64,000 bases of DNA, taken from contig CBFHKZ010000003.1 in the NCBI GenBank assembly GCA_965656545.1, forward strand, positions 114,580 through 178,579, written 5' to 3'. The notes beneath the pieces are model-generated. The model saw nothing but the letters and a program-made list of their open reading frames with translations. It searched no databases and had not been told where the DNA came from. Position numbers and translations under genes: made by a program. Below, one piece after another: positions 37,413-47,608 of the stretch (its first letter is position 1; each line of letters begins with the position of its first letter). This DNA comes from Flavobacteriaceae bacterium. Its GTDB lineage: Bacteria > Bacteroidota > Bacteroidia > Flavobacteriales > Flavobacteriaceae.

Positions 37413-38430
37413 AGCGGTGTAAATTAATGCGTAAAATCCAGTAGAGTTGCACGCCAAACAGCAGCGTGGCCAATGCCAGGTGTAATGGTTGGGTTGCGAA
37501 CGGGAAGTCGAAATAGAACATGGCAATACCAAGCGCTACTTCTCCCCCGATTAGCCAAAGTATACGTCTGATAAAAACCTTTTCTAGTTGTTCTTTGACC
37601 ACACTTACAAACAACCAAGCATTTGCAAGTACTACGAGTATGGACAGGCTTCTGTGGATGTAAAAGTTGAGTTCTGGAGCAGCAAGCCAGTACTGCGGAG
37701 AGTCATATCCCCAACGCACTACTTGTGTGTCTATATATTGTCTTACTTGTATTCCCAAAGCGATTTGGACAAGCGTTAGTGCAAAAGTGCTGTAAAGCAA
37801 CAAACTAATTTTCCGCGAGGGTTTTTTGCTCAACCCAAATGACTTTGATGCCACCCTGACCACGAGTAAGAAGCCTACCAATAGCAGTGCCATCACCATA
37901 TGAAGGGATATTTTCATAGGCATTAAGTTGGAGTCAACAACTGTTTTTCCCAGCCAAGCTTGAAACAGAATCCCCAGCAGCGAAAGCAAGGAAAAAATAA
38001 AGATAATGGGCTTTTTGCGAATCCATTTGATGCTAAATCCAAATAGGATGAGGATAGCCAAGCCCGATAAAGCACCTAGCAATCTATTGATAAATTCAAT
38101 CCACGTGTGTTTGGCATCAAATACAGCGTAATCGTGTTTGGTATACGGCTCCCACTTATCGCTATTAAACTGATCGGTGGTTGTAAAGGAGGCGGAAGCT
38201 ACGAGTAGTCTTTCGTTATTGATGATCACATTCCCTTCATTGTACTTGGTGTTTGGTTTCCACTCCAGTTGTGCTGCATCTGTGGGGGGGATGAGATAAC
38301 CAAAGCACTTGGGCCAGTCTGGGCATCCCATGCCGCTACCGGTCATGCGAACCGTTGCCCCTGCAGCAATAACAAGGTAAACGGCAATAAGCGATATCCG
38401 CGTCCAGCGCTGTAGTTGTTTATACATCAT
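37396..38430 (-). CDS. ctaA: heme A synthase (COX15/CtaA family)
   Basis: 344 aa with about 8 TM segments. GSGMGCPDWPKC motif and conserved His residues in the TM helices. Confidence 0.85.
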   Translation of the reverse strand: MMYKQLQRWTRISLIAVYLVIAAGATVRMTGSGMGCPDWPKCFGYLIPPTDAAQLEWKPNTKYNEGNVIINNERLLVASASFTTTDQFNSDKWEPYTKHDYAVFDAKHTWIEFINRLLGALSGLAILILFGFSIKWIRKKPIIFIFSLLSLLGILFQAWLGKTVVDSNLMPMKISLHMVMALLLVGFLLVVRVASKSFGLSKKPSRKISLLLYSTFALTLVQIALGIQVRQYIDTQVVRWGYDSPQYWLAAPELNFYIHRSLSILVVLANAWLFVSVVKEQLEKVFIRRILWLIGGEVALGIAMFYFDFPFATQPLHLALATLLFGVQLYWILRINLHRYDLSF

Positions 38431-39860
38431 GAAGTAGGGGATAATCCCATGGTTTTGGCTTTTGTTAGCATAAAGTCATGTGCAGCATTGTATTCGTTTG
38501 GAATAACGCCCTCTAAAATGGCTTCTTTGATTGCCTCTTTGAGTTCGCCCACCTGTCTGCAAGGCTTCAGTGCAAAAATACGCATGATTTCTTCACCTGT
38601 AACGGGAGGTTGAAAGTTTCGTACATGATCACGTGCTTCCACTTCTTCAATCTTAGCTTTGACGATGTCGAAATTGTTGTGATACTTGGCAAATCGTTTT
38701 GGGTTTTTTGTGGTGATGTCTGCCTTACAGAGCAAAAGTAAATCCTCCAAGAGGTCACCAGCATCAAAAATGAGCCTACGCACCGCCGAATCGGTTACAT
38801 GATCTTCTGAAATGACAATAGGCCTTGAACTCATATAAACCAGCTTTTGAACGTATTTCATCTTGTCGTTCAAGGGCATGCGCATGCGTTTGAAAAGCTT
38901 GTATACCATTTTGGCACCTACAAACTCGTGTGCGTGAAAGGTCCAGCCAACTTTCTTGTCGAATTTTTTGGTGGGTGCTTTGCCAATATCGTGTAGCAAT
39001 GCCGCCCAGCGCAACCATAGGTTATCTGTATACGCACAGATGTTGTCCACTACTTCAAAAGTGTGGTAGAAGTTGTCCTTGTGGCTTTGCCCCTCAACCT
39101 CTTCAATTCCTTTAAGCGCTGTAATTTCAGGGAGTACGCGTTCTAGTAATCCCAATTGGTCCAATAACAAAAGACCGTTAGAAGGCACAGTACAGGCTAA
39201 TATTTTATGCACTTCCTCAATGATGCGTTCTTTGGACAATATATCGATGCGTGCTTTGTTTTTTTCGATGGATAAAAGCGAAGTTTTATCAATTTCAAAG
39301 TTCAGTTGTGTAGCAAAGCGCACCGCACGCAGCATCCGCAAGGGATCATCGCTATAAGTAATATCTGGATCGAGAGGCGTTCGCAAGACCTTTGTGGTCA
39401 AATCTTCCATACCATTAAAAGGGTCCAGCAGCTTGCCAAAACCGTCTTTGTTGAGTCTAAGGGCAAGTGCATTGACGGTAAAATCACGTCTGTTTTGGTC
39501 GTCTTCTAGGGTTCCATTCTCCACCACAGGATTGCGGCTCTCGTGGTCATAACTTTCTTTTCTAGCCCCGACAAATTCCAATTGTATGTTTTGCCACTTG
39601 ATCATGGCTGTGCCGTAGTTCTTAAAAACTTGGATGTTGTTTTTTCCAGGCAATATCTCAGCTACTTTTTTGGCTAGGCTAATGCCGCTGCCAACAGCTA
39701 CGATGTCTATGTCATGCCCTCTTTGACGGCCGAGGAAGGTGTCCCTAACATACCCGCCTATGACATAGGTCTCAAGACCTAATGCATCTGCAGCTTTTTG
39801 GACGTGCGCAAATACGGCTGGCGCTAGTGCTTCTTCGATACGTAATTCTTGGGTTTTCAT
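38427..39860 (-). CDS. cca: CCA-adding tRNA nucleotidyltransferase with an HD domain
   Basis: 477 aa. PolyA_pol head (GGYVRD...DIDI), RDFTVNA, and HD motif LLHDIGK. Confidence 0.88.
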   Translation of the reverse strand: MKTQELRIEEALAPAVFAHVQKAADALGLETYVIGGYVRDTFLGRQRGHDIDIVAVGSGISLAKKVAEILPGKNNIQVFKNYGTAMIKWQNIQLEFVGARKESYDHESRNPVVENGTLEDDQNRRDFTVNALALRLNKDGFGKLLDPFNGMEDLTTKVLRTPLDPDITYSDDPLRMLRAVRFATQLNFEIDKTSLLSIEKNKARIDILSKERIIEEVHKILACTVPSNGLLLLDQLGLLERVLPEITALKGIEEVEGQSHKDNFYHTFEVVDNICAYTDNLWLRWAALLHDIGKAPTKKFDKKVGWTFHAHEFVGAKMVYKLFKRMRMPLNDKMKYVQKLVYMSSRPIVISEDHVTDSAVRRLIFDAGDLLEDLLLLCKADITTKNPKRFAKYHNNFDIVKAKIEEVEARDHVRNFQPPVTGEEIMRIFALKPCRQVGELKEAIKEAILEGVIPNEYNAAHDFMLTKAKTMGLSPTS

Positions 39861-40411
39861 CGCAGTTGCTTCACGCTGCCGTCGGGCATAATTTGCAATA
39901 CCTGTGACGGAATACGTGCTACTTTTTCTTTGTTCAAAGGTACTACTTCGTCTACTTGTGCCAAAATATGCGGGTCTATTTCGTCAAAGCTTTCTGGGAC
40001 GGGTGCAGCACTGATATTTGCGGAGGTACTGACGATGGGTTTTCCAAAAGATTTGACCAAATCCAAAGCAAAACCAGCTGTTGGAATACGAATGCCAACA
40101 CTGCCATTAGGCGCCATTACGCCTTTTGCCAGTCCTTTTCCTTTGGGGTAAACTAGGGTTGTTGGAACGTCACTTTTTAATAATGTATGGATGTTTTCAG
40201 GTAACTCGGTAACATAGTCCGACAACATCTTTGTATCAGCCACCAAGGCGATAAGCGGTTTTGATAAATCCCTTTTTTTCAGTGCATATATTTTTTCTAC
40301 AGCCGCTTGATTGGTCGCATCACAACCCAAGCCCCAGATGGTGTCTGTGGGGTAGAGGAGGTTTTTTCCCGTTTTTAAAATGGAAACGAAATGCTTAATG
40401 TCTATTTTCAT
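39857..40411 (-). CDS. tsaC: L-threonylcarbamoyladenylate synthase (TsaC/YrdC/Sua5 family)
   Basis: 184 aa. YPTDTIWGLGCDA, VGIRIP and STSANISA motifs. ATGA overlap with cca. Confidence 0.88.
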   Translation of the reverse strand: MKIDIKHFVSILKTGKNLLYPTDTIWGLGCDATNQAAVEKIYALKKRDLSKPLIALVADTKMLSDYVTELPENIHTLLKSDVPTTLVYPKGKGLAKGVMAPNGSVGIRIPTAGFALDLVKSFGKPIVSTSANISAAPVPESFDEIDPHILAQVDEVVPLNKEKVARIPSQVLQIMPDGSVKQLR

Positions 40412-42242
40412 TATTGTAGTCTAATGCAATTTTTGCCTTAAGCCAAGTTTCTCGGGTACGCAACTTACAAATGATCCACCCTGTTTTTCCATCTAAAATA
40501 CCGCCTCTTAAAAAGTAACTATTCAAAAACTTAAAAGCTGGTTTTAAGTAGAGATTAAAAAGGCCAATTTTCTTATTTTCCTTTATGTATGTGTGCGCTG
40601 CATTGTGTGCATAACGCTCAATTTTTTTGGTGTAGTGGTCTATATTGTTTGTGGTGTAATGAATGATGTTACTATTCAAACTTCCAAAAGGTTTGGTACA
40701 CTCAAGTTCCTCGTGCACCATTTTGTTTTCATACCTATGGAAATCTCGATGAAAAAAACGCGCTACGCGATCGTTTTGCCAACCACAGAAACGCACTTTT
40801 TTACCTAAAAAATAATTTATTCTTCGTACCCAAAAAGCTGTGTGTTTTGGTCTTGTGTGTAAGATGTTTTTTAGCTCATCGGCCATATTTGGCGATGCCA
40901 TTTCATCTGCGTCAAGTAAGATAATCCAGGGATGTTTTGCTTGCGGTATGGCCCAATTTTTTTGATCTGCGGCAAAGTTGTATTTGCGTTGTAAAACTCG
41001 TGCACCAAACTTTTCACAAAGCGCAACAGTATTATCTGTGCTAAACGAGTCGATCACTAAAATTTCATCTGCCCACTTAATTGAATTTAAACAGTTTTCG
41101 ATATTCTTTTCCTCGTTATAGGTTGTTACAATTGCGGATATTTTTAAAGTCTCTTTTTTAGTAATATAGTCGGCTAATTTTTTATGAATTTTAATTTTAT
41201 CAAAAGAATCCAAAATGTGTTTTTGCGCAGAAGTCCCCATTTCGACGATACGCTCTCGATTTTTATCAAAAGTCATAATAGCATCACAGAACGCGACTAC
41301 ATCATTTTCGGGCACTAAAACCCCAGATTTATTATCGGCAATTACTTCTGGATTTGAACTAATGTCAAATGCAATTGTGGGCTTTTCGCTTAACCCTGCT
41401 TCTGCAATTACATATCCAAAGCCTTCCCATAGCGATGGCAATAAAAAGAGATCACCGCTCATATATAAATTCTTTGGATTTTCCACAAAACCGACAAGGT
41501 CAACATAAGGTTCAAGGTTGTACTTGTTAATTTTCGTTTCTATTGCTGTTTTAAGTCTGCCACTTCCACCAATTAGCATATGAAAAGCTAACCCTCGGTC
41601 ACGAAGCTCATTTGCTACATCAATTAAGAAAAGCTGATTTTTCTGCTCTTCTAGTCGCCCTAAGTTTGTTAGAATCAGTTCAGATGACTTTCGTTTGTAG
41701 TATGGTTTAAAAGTCTTTTTCACAAAGGTTTGTCCGTCAATCCCGTTTGGAATAACTGTGATATAGTCTTTTGGGAATAGTGCTGTGTTGTTTTGTAAGA
41801 TGCATTCTTGGGTAGCTTTTGAGTTGACAAGAATTTCATCAATGACATTTTTGTACAAAAACCGATTTAACCTTGAGTTTCGCACCGGAATGGCGCTTCC
41901 TCTTCGATAAATAGTGCGTTTAACACCCGCTAGCTTTCCTGCTATTCCGCCAGATTTTACATCCTGGGACAAATTCAGCACCAATGTAGCGACCTTATGT
42001 TTTCTGAGCATTTTTGAAAAACGTAAAAGTTTCAATGGGTTTAAAAAACTAGTATTGCTGTTACGTATTGTTATGTACGGGATATTATGCGCTTTTACCT
42101 TTTTAAAAAGAAAACTATCCTTATGGCAGAAAATCACAACGGGTTGCCCTGACTCGTGGAGGTGTTTTGCCATTTCAAAATGCCATTTTTCTCCGCCGCC
42201 CCATGGAATTGCTGTATTAAAAAAACAGATGGTTTTGTTCAT
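40395..42242 (-). CDS. bifunctional glycosyltransferase (N-terminal GT4, C-terminal GT2 of LPS-core KdtX/WaaE type)
   Basis: The GT4 part has LLPSLWEGFGYVIAEAG...PEVI. The GT2 part has ISAIVTTYNEEKNIENCL...ILVIDSFSTDNT...ILLDADE. Start set at the ATG at 42242, which makes an ATGA overlap with the upstream gene. Confidence 0.8.
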   Translation of the reverse strand: MNKTICFFNTAIPWGGGEKWHFEMAKHLHESGQPVVIFCHKDSFLFKKVKAHNIPYITIRNSNTSFLNPLKLLRFSKMLRKHKVATLVLNLSQDVKSGGIAGKLAGVKRTIYRRGSAIPVRNSRLNRFLYKNVIDEILVNSKATQECILQNNTALFPKDYITVIPNGIDGQTFVKKTFKPYYKRKSSELILTNLGRLEEQKNQLFLIDVANELRDRGLAFHMLIGGSGRLKTAIETKINKYNLEPYVDLVGFVENPKNLYMSGDLFLLPSLWEGFGYVIAEAGLSEKPTIAFDISSNPEVIADNKSGVLVPENDVVAFCDAIMTFDKNRERIVEMGTSAQKHILDSFDKIKIHKKLADYITKKETLKISAIVTTYNEEKNIENCLNSIKWADEILVIDSFSTDNTVALCEKFGARVLQRKYNFAADQKNWAIPQAKHPWIILLDADEMASPNMADELKNILHTRPKHTAFWVRRINYFLGKKVRFCGWQNDRVARFFHRDFHRYENKMVHEELECTKPFGSLNSNIIHYTTNNIDHYTKKIERYAHNAAHTYIKENKKIGLFNLYLKPAFKFLNSYFLRGGILDGKTGWIICKLRTRETWLKAKIALDYNNENRH

Positions 42243-43345
42243 GTCAATAGCGATTTGTAGAGTGCGTTCCATTGCTTAGCTAAAACGTCGTCATTAAATT
42301 TTTGCACATAATTAAGTCCCTCTTCTACCCGTTTTTTTCGAGATTTATGAGACTCGGCATATAGGCTTTTAACGGCTGTTTGAAGCTCGGTTTCACTGTG
42401 TGGGTCTATGTAAATACTAGATGATCCGCCTGCTTCTGAAAAGCACCCTCCCTTTGTAGTAATTACGGGGACGCCACTGTACAGCGCTTCTATGATGGGA
42501 ATTCCAAAGCCCTCAAAAAAGGAAGGATAACAAAAAACAGTAGCATTTTGATAAATCCCTGCCAAGTCTTCAATAGCGACATGATGGATAAACAACACGC
42601 GGTCTTGCATGTTGTTTTCTTTGACATACGTTTTTAACTTCTCCCCGTGTGCTTTTACCTTTCCTACAAACACCATATGGTGATTTGTGTCTTTTAATGC
42701 CTTTGCAATAGACAGCGCATTTTTTCTCGCTTCAAGTGTGCCCACACACAACACAAACTTTTTTGGTAGTTGATATTTTTTTGCAACAGCGTTTAGCGCT
42801 TTTTCCGTAAAGGTGGTTTTAAAAATAGGATGACACCCTTGATAAATCACATCAATATTTTCTGCAGGTATTGCAGTAAATTCAACCAAATCTGCTTTTG
42901 TTTGCTCACTAATGGCCACTATTTTGGAAGCCGTTTTTACGGCGTGATTTACTTTTCTTTTGTGGATTTCTACATCAATAGATTTATATAGTTCAGGGTA
43001 ACGATAAAAAATAAGATCATGGACCGTTACCACTGAAGGTATGTCAAGTCCTTTAGGTAATTCTCCACTTAATCCGTGGAAAACATCAATGCTGTCTTTT
43101 TTTAATTGACGCACAATAGGCCCTTGCCTCCAAAGGGAATGCAGGCAACGCCAAATGCCTTTAGGTTGGTGTTCTATGGTGTTGGGCTGTGCTTTCCAAC
43201 GATTCAGTTTTTGCTTCTTTGGGTTGTAGAGGTGGTAGTTGTTTTTTGGGTAGTAGGTTGCTAAAATACGCACCAAATCACGGCTGTAGTTTCCCAAACC
43301 ACTAGCGTTGTGAAAAATTCGCTTTGCATCGTATCCAATTCGCAT
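42239..43345 (-). CDS. glycosyltransferase family 4 protein
   Basis: 368 aa. The EX7E region is FCYPSFFEGFGIPIIEALYSGVPVITT. Confidence 0.88.
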   Translation of the reverse strand: MRIGYDAKRIFHNASGLGNYSRDLVRILATYYPKNNYHLYNPKKQKLNRWKAQPNTIEHQPKGIWRCLHSLWRQGPIVRQLKKDSIDVFHGLSGELPKGLDIPSVVTVHDLIFYRYPELYKSIDVEIHKRKVNHAVKTASKIVAISEQTKADLVEFTAIPAENIDVIYQGCHPIFKTTFTEKALNAVAKKYQLPKKFVLCVGTLEARKNALSIAKALKDTNHHMVFVGKVKAHGEKLKTYVKENNMQDRVLFIHHVAIEDLAGIYQNATVFCYPSFFEGFGIPIIEALYSGVPVITTKGGCFSEAGGSSSIYIDPHSETELQTAVKSLYAESHKSRKKRVEEGLNYVQKFNDDVLAKQWNALYKSLLT

Positions 43346-43388
43346 ATGGCAAAACTACTCTATTTTAGAGTAATGGGCTTAAAAATAC

Positions 43389-43396
43389 TACCTTTG
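43389..43396 (+). promoter_or_regulatory. -7 box TACCTTTG, 5 nt before the ATG at 43402
   Basis: Exact TAnnTTTG match. Confidence 0.4.
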
Positions 43397-43401
43397 GATC
43401 A

Positions 43402-44349
43402 ATGAAAATAAGTGGCTTTACTTTTTTGCGAAATACGTCTAAATTGTATTACCCTATTCTTGAATCAATACAATCTGCACTGCCTGTTGTAGATGAATTT
43501 GTTATTGCTCTTGGTAAAGGCGATGCCGATGACGACTCAGAAGCGAAAATTCGCAGTTTGCAATCAGATAAAATTAAGATTATCCACACCGAGTGGGATT
43601 TGGAAACCTTTACTGGTGGAACAGAATACGCACATCAAACCGATATAGCTAAGACGCATTGCACAGGCGATTGGCTGCTGTACGTTCAAGGTGATGAGTT
43701 GATTCACGAAGAAGATTACGGTGAAATCACCACGAAGTGCACGCAATATTTGAACAACACAGAAGTTGATGGTTTTTTGTTTAAGTACTATCATTTTTAT
43801 GGCGATTACGATCACTATTTCCGAGATCATTGTTGGTATCCACACGAGATAAGAATAGTGCGTAACGATCCAGAAATTCATTCTTTTGCAGACGCACAAT
43901 CGTTTAGACGCATTCCCAATTTTGATGGCAAAAGCTATCGCCAAAAAGAAGGAACTTCTAAACTTAATGTGGCATGTCTAAATGCCAATATGTATCACTA
44001 CGGATGGGTGCGTCCGCCAAAGTTGATGCGAAAAAAGCGTATGTATTTTGCGAAAGCTTACAGGGGTGTTGCAGCAACCAATGTCGAGTATGAAAAATAT
44101 GACGAAGGCTACGACTATGGGCGTATGGATTATTGTTTAAAATTTAAGGGAACCCATCCAAAAGTCATGCATGATAAAATTAAAACCCTTGACTGGAAAG
44201 ATATGCTGCGTTTTTCAGGACCAAATGTTATCGGTAGGCCAGAAGCAAAACACGAAAAACGTAAATATCGAATGATTATATGGATAGAGCGTATGTTTTT
44301 TGGGGGTAAGGTACTAGGAGGGCATAAAAACTACATTGTCGTTAAGTAG
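43402..44349 (+). CDS. glycosyltransferase (GT2-like) protein
   Basis: 315 aa. The N-terminus ISGFTFLRN...VDEFVIALGKGDADD and the DWLLYVQGDE (DxD-like) motif resemble GT2-type enzymes. It sits inside the GT cluster. Confidence 0.6.
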   Translation: MKISGFTFLRNTSKLYYPILESIQSALPVVDEFVIALGKGDADDDSEAKIRSLQSDKIKIIHTEWDLETFTGGTEYAHQTDIAKTHCTGDWLLYVQGDELIHEEDYGEITTKCTQYLNNTEVDGFLFKYYHFYGDYDHYFRDHCWYPHEIRIVRNDPEIHSFADAQSFRRIPNFDGKSYRQKEGTSKLNVACLNANMYHYGWVRPPKLMRKKRMYFAKAYRGVAATNVEYEKYDEGYDYGRMDYCLKFKGTHPKVMHDKIKTLDWKDMLRFSGPNVIGRPEAKHEKRKYRMIIWIERMFFGGKVLGGHKNYIVVK

Positions 44350-44441
44350 TGCTTTTCACCTAAAGCAAAACAGCCCGCCAAAATATAAAACTCAAAAAGT
44401 GCCTGAGGTATAATTGTTTAAATTCACTAAGGTTTCCCTTT

Positions 44442-45551
44442 TCAATTAGGTTGGATTAAATCAGCATATACTTTGCCAGTTTGATTGATTGTTTTTTCCC
44501 AACTGAACATTTGGGCATAAGCAAAAGCGGCATCTAATTTTTGTGTGTCATAATCCAGAAGTGCATCAATACCAGTTGCGATAGCATTAATGTCAAAGGG
44601 GTGCGCAATGTGCGCATGGCCACCTGCAACTTCTGTAGATGCTCCCAGACTTCCAATTAAAACGGGTAGCTTGTGATTCATGGCTTCGAGAATGGGTATT
44701 CCAAACCCTTCGTATAGCGTAGGAAAAACAAACCCACTGGCATTAAAATATAATGATTGAAGTTCTTCATCTGATACATATCCCATGATTTTAACTTTAT
44801 TCCCAAGCCCATTTTTATTAAAAAAAGCATGAAACTGATCTGATCCCAAACCGTTTTTGCCTGCGAATACCAGCGTATGTGTTTTTGATGCTTTGGAAGC
44901 TAAAAAGCCCTTTAAAATATTTAGTGAATTTTTCCTTGTACTAATGCCGCCAACGCTTAGCAAATACGGTTTTCCACTATTTTTTTTTGTTTGCGTAATG
45001 GACTTTGGATTAAAGACCGGAGCCAAATGCACAACATGTATCTTTTCTTGCGGATAGTCGAAGTGTTTTAAAAAATCTTCTTTTGTTTTTTGGCTGACTG
45101 AAATAATGGCATCTGCATATTGTGAAATTTGCGATAACAAATGAATTCGTTTATTTACAAAATATGGTGTTGCTATATCAATACCTTTCAATTCATCCGC
45201 CATAAAGGCGAGATCATGTATAGTCGCCACTTTTTTTACACCTTTTGCGTTTATAAATGGCGCATGTGTAAAGTGCATTATTTTTACGTTAGTAAAATTC
45301 CAAAAAGGAGTGCCGTTCAAATACCAGCTTTTTGATATATTTTGGGTAAAAGGAGCTAGATATCGTTGCTTAAAGCGTCGTTTAAGTGGAAGAAAAAGAT
45401 TTGGATCGTAAGAATCACTAGCATCAAAACCTTCAACCAATTTTTTGATGTAAAAGGGGATTCCAGTATATCCTTTTGAAAATAATGTCGATCCTTCAAA
45501 ACCAATTCTGATGACGTGGTTAGGTTTTAAGTCGGAGTTATCTGAGTGCAT
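44442..45551 (-). CDS. glycosyltransferase family 4 protein
   Basis: 369 aa. FVFPTLYEGFGIPILEAMNHKLPVL. Confidence 0.88.
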   Translation of the reverse strand: MHSDNSDLKPNHVIRIGFEGSTLFSKGYTGIPFYIKKLVEGFDASDSYDPNLFLPLKRRFKQRYLAPFTQNISKSWYLNGTPFWNFTNVKIMHFTHAPFINAKGVKKVATIHDLAFMADELKGIDIATPYFVNKRIHLLSQISQYADAIISVSQKTKEDFLKHFDYPQEKIHVVHLAPVFNPKSITQTKKNSGKPYLLSVGGISTRKNSLNILKGFLASKASKTHTLVFAGKNGLGSDQFHAFFNKNGLGNKVKIMGYVSDEELQSLYFNASGFVFPTLYEGFGIPILEAMNHKLPVLIGSLGASTEVAGGHAHIAHPFDINAIATGIDALLDYDTQKLDAAFAYAQMFSWEKTINQTGKVYADLIQPN

Positions 45552-45722
45552 TATCTGAAGTTGCTTATTAAAAACATTAGTTATTCAAACGGATAGCCAC
45601 TTTATACAGTTTTATTTGCTCAAATATAGGATAAACGTTAGATATGAAAGCGCTCCTCGTAGTTAATGAAATATGGATAGCATCGTAACTACAATTATAA
45701 ATAATGATTTGTTCGTTTGCTG

Positions 45723-46715
45723 TTACTTTACCCAATCCAAAAATTTAGGCGTATCCAACGCTAATGTTTGGGGTATATTTTTATTGATTTCTTTTCCTTG
45801 AATTACGTTCTCATAAAGATTTAGATAAGCTTTGCTCATCACCTCTGCATTAAAATGGGTTGCGGCATAATCGTGACAGGTTTTTGGATTATAGTCTTGA
45901 CAATGCTCCATAGCTTCACTGAGTTTTGTGCTCGAATTACTAAGAAATCCAATGTCTTGATTCACAAGCTCAGGCAAAGATCCATAAGGCGTGCCAAAAA
46001 CGGGTGCCCCAAAATACAGGCTTTCAACGATGGCCAAACCGAAGGGCTCATGCCAGCGCACAGGAAAAACCAAACCTCTAGAGTGTTTTAGTTGATTCAT
46101 TTTTTCTTCGCCACCAACCATGCCATAAAATCGGGCTCTAGGTTGCCAAGTAAAGCGAAACCCCATTTTTATGTTTAAGCGGCTACCTCCGAGTACATGA
46201 AGTCTTTCCCCTTTAAGCTTGAGCGTGCTATTAATTGCTCCTTTTACATTTTTTACGCGCCATGCAGCTTTTCCTAAAAAATGAAAATACGAGCGTTTAT
46301 TATCCAATTGCGGATTTCCATAGTCATCCCAGTCCAGGCCATTGTGAACAAAAGCCTCTGCGTTATGTCTCTTGGCATGATTTTTAGAAACAAACACGGC
46401 ATTTTTGTCGAGTGATTCAGCTGGATTTGGATTTCCGTGAATGGTTATTAAGTAAGGAACCTGAAGCTTTTCTACCCCTTTTGGTGTAAAATGAAAATGA
46501 ACCAAATCAATATCTGCGGGGATTTGATCAATCACATCAACCTCGGGATTTCGCTCAATGATTTTGGCAAAGTCACACGTTGACCCTTGCGCTACTAAAA
46601 AACTAACCTTATGTCCTAAGCGTGTTAATGTTTTTCCTAAATACCAAATAACGCGCTCAGTTCCCCCGTAATAGATAACGGGCAACTTGCTGTTATTGAC
46701 AATTAGAATGTTCAT
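45723..46715 (-). CDS. glycosyltransferase family 4 protein
   Basis: 330 aa. The N-terminus MNILIVNN..YYGGTERV and the HEPFGLAIVESLYFGAPV motif. Confidence 0.85.
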   Translation of the reverse strand: MNILIVNNSKLPVIYYGGTERVIWYLGKTLTRLGHKVSFLVAQGSTCDFAKIIERNPEVDVIDQIPADIDLVHFHFTPKGVEKLQVPYLITIHGNPNPAESLDKNAVFVSKNHAKRHNAEAFVHNGLDWDDYGNPQLDNKRSYFHFLGKAAWRVKNVKGAINSTLKLKGERLHVLGGSRLNIKMGFRFTWQPRARFYGMVGGEEKMNQLKHSRGLVFPVRWHEPFGLAIVESLYFGAPVFGTPYGSLPELVNQDIGFLSNSSTKLSEAMEHCQDYNPKTCHDYAATHFNAEVMSKAYLNLYENVIQGKEINKNIPQTLALDTPKFLDWVK

Positions 46716-46720
46716 TTTAG

Positions 46721-47530
46721 TTACACCGCTACGTTATGTTCTCTTAACGCATCGTTTAGTGAGGTTTTCTTGTTGGTACTTTCTTTGCGTTTACCAATAA
46801 TCAGGGCGCAAGGCACTTGATAATCACCAGCAGCAAATGTTTTGGTGTAACTGCCTGGAATAACCACAGACCTTGCAGGAACACGACCTTTTCGTTCAAT
46901 AGGCTCATCACCCGTGACGTCAATAATTTTAGTAGAACCCGTTAGTACTACATTGGCCCCTAATACGGCTTCTGTTTCTACGTGAACGCCCTCTACTACA
47001 ATACAGCGTGAGCCAATAAACGCATTGTCTTCAATAATCACGGGAGCAGCTTGAAGGGGCTCTAGAACACCGCCAATGCCAACACCACCACTGAGGTGAA
47101 CGTTTTTGCCAATTTGCGCACAGCTTCCAACAGTGGCCCAAGTATCGACCATGGTACCTTCGTCTACGTAGGCGCCTATGTTGACATAAGAAGGCATCAA
47201 TATGGTGCCAGAAGAAATATAGGCTCCTTTACGTGCCACCGCATGAGGTACAACACGAATGCCTTTTTCTTTATAACCTGTTTTTAGCGGAATTTTATCA
47301 TGAAACTCAAGAGGTCCAGCTTCAATGGTTTCCATTTTTTGAATGGGGAAGTAGAGCACCACGGCTTTTTTCACCCATTCGTTGACTTGCCACCCATTGT
47401 CGGTTGGTTCTGCCACACGGAGTATTCCTTGATCCAGTTGGTCAATGACCGAACGAATGGCTTGTTGTGTTTCTTCCTGTTGTAAAAGTGCTCGGTCGTC
47501 CCAAGCGGCTTCGATTATAGCTCTGCTCAT
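46721..47530 (-). CDS. dapD: 2,3,4,5-tetrahydropyridine-2,6-dicarboxylate N-succinyltransferase
   Basis: MSRAIIEAAWDDRALL start. Left-handed beta-helix hexapeptide repeats. The 18-codon extension in the track was rejected. Confidence 0.9.
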   Translation of the reverse strand: MSRAIIEAAWDDRALLQQEETQQAIRSVIDQLDQGILRVAEPTDNGWQVNEWVKKAVVLYFPIQKMETIEAGPLEFHDKIPLKTGYKEKGIRVVPHAVARKGAYISSGTILMPSYVNIGAYVDEGTMVDTWATVGSCAQIGKNVHLSGGVGIGGVLEPLQAAPVIIEDNAFIGSRCIVVEGVHVETEAVLGANVVLTGSTKIIDVTGDEPIERKGRVPARSVVIPGSYTKTFAAGDYQVPCALIIGKRKESTNKKTSLNDALREHNVAV

Positions 47531-47542
47531 TTGAATTTTTTT

Positions 47543-47550
47543 CAAAGATA
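47543..47550 (-). promoter_or_regulatory. -7 box TATCTTTG upstream of dapD
   Basis: Reverse complement reads TATCTTTG, 12 nt upstream of the ATG at 47530. Confidence 0.35.
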
Positions 47551-47596
47551 AGTTTTGAGATGAAACCAAATCCATGTTTTCCAAAAATTCATTACT

Positions 47597-47604
47597 TACC
47601 TTTG
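47597..47604 (+). promoter_or_regulatory. -7 box TACCTTTG, 4 nt before the ruvX ATG
   Basis: Exact TAnnTTTG match. It carries the same 17-mer as the mnmA upstream region. Confidence 0.4.
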
Positions 47605-47608
47605 TACC

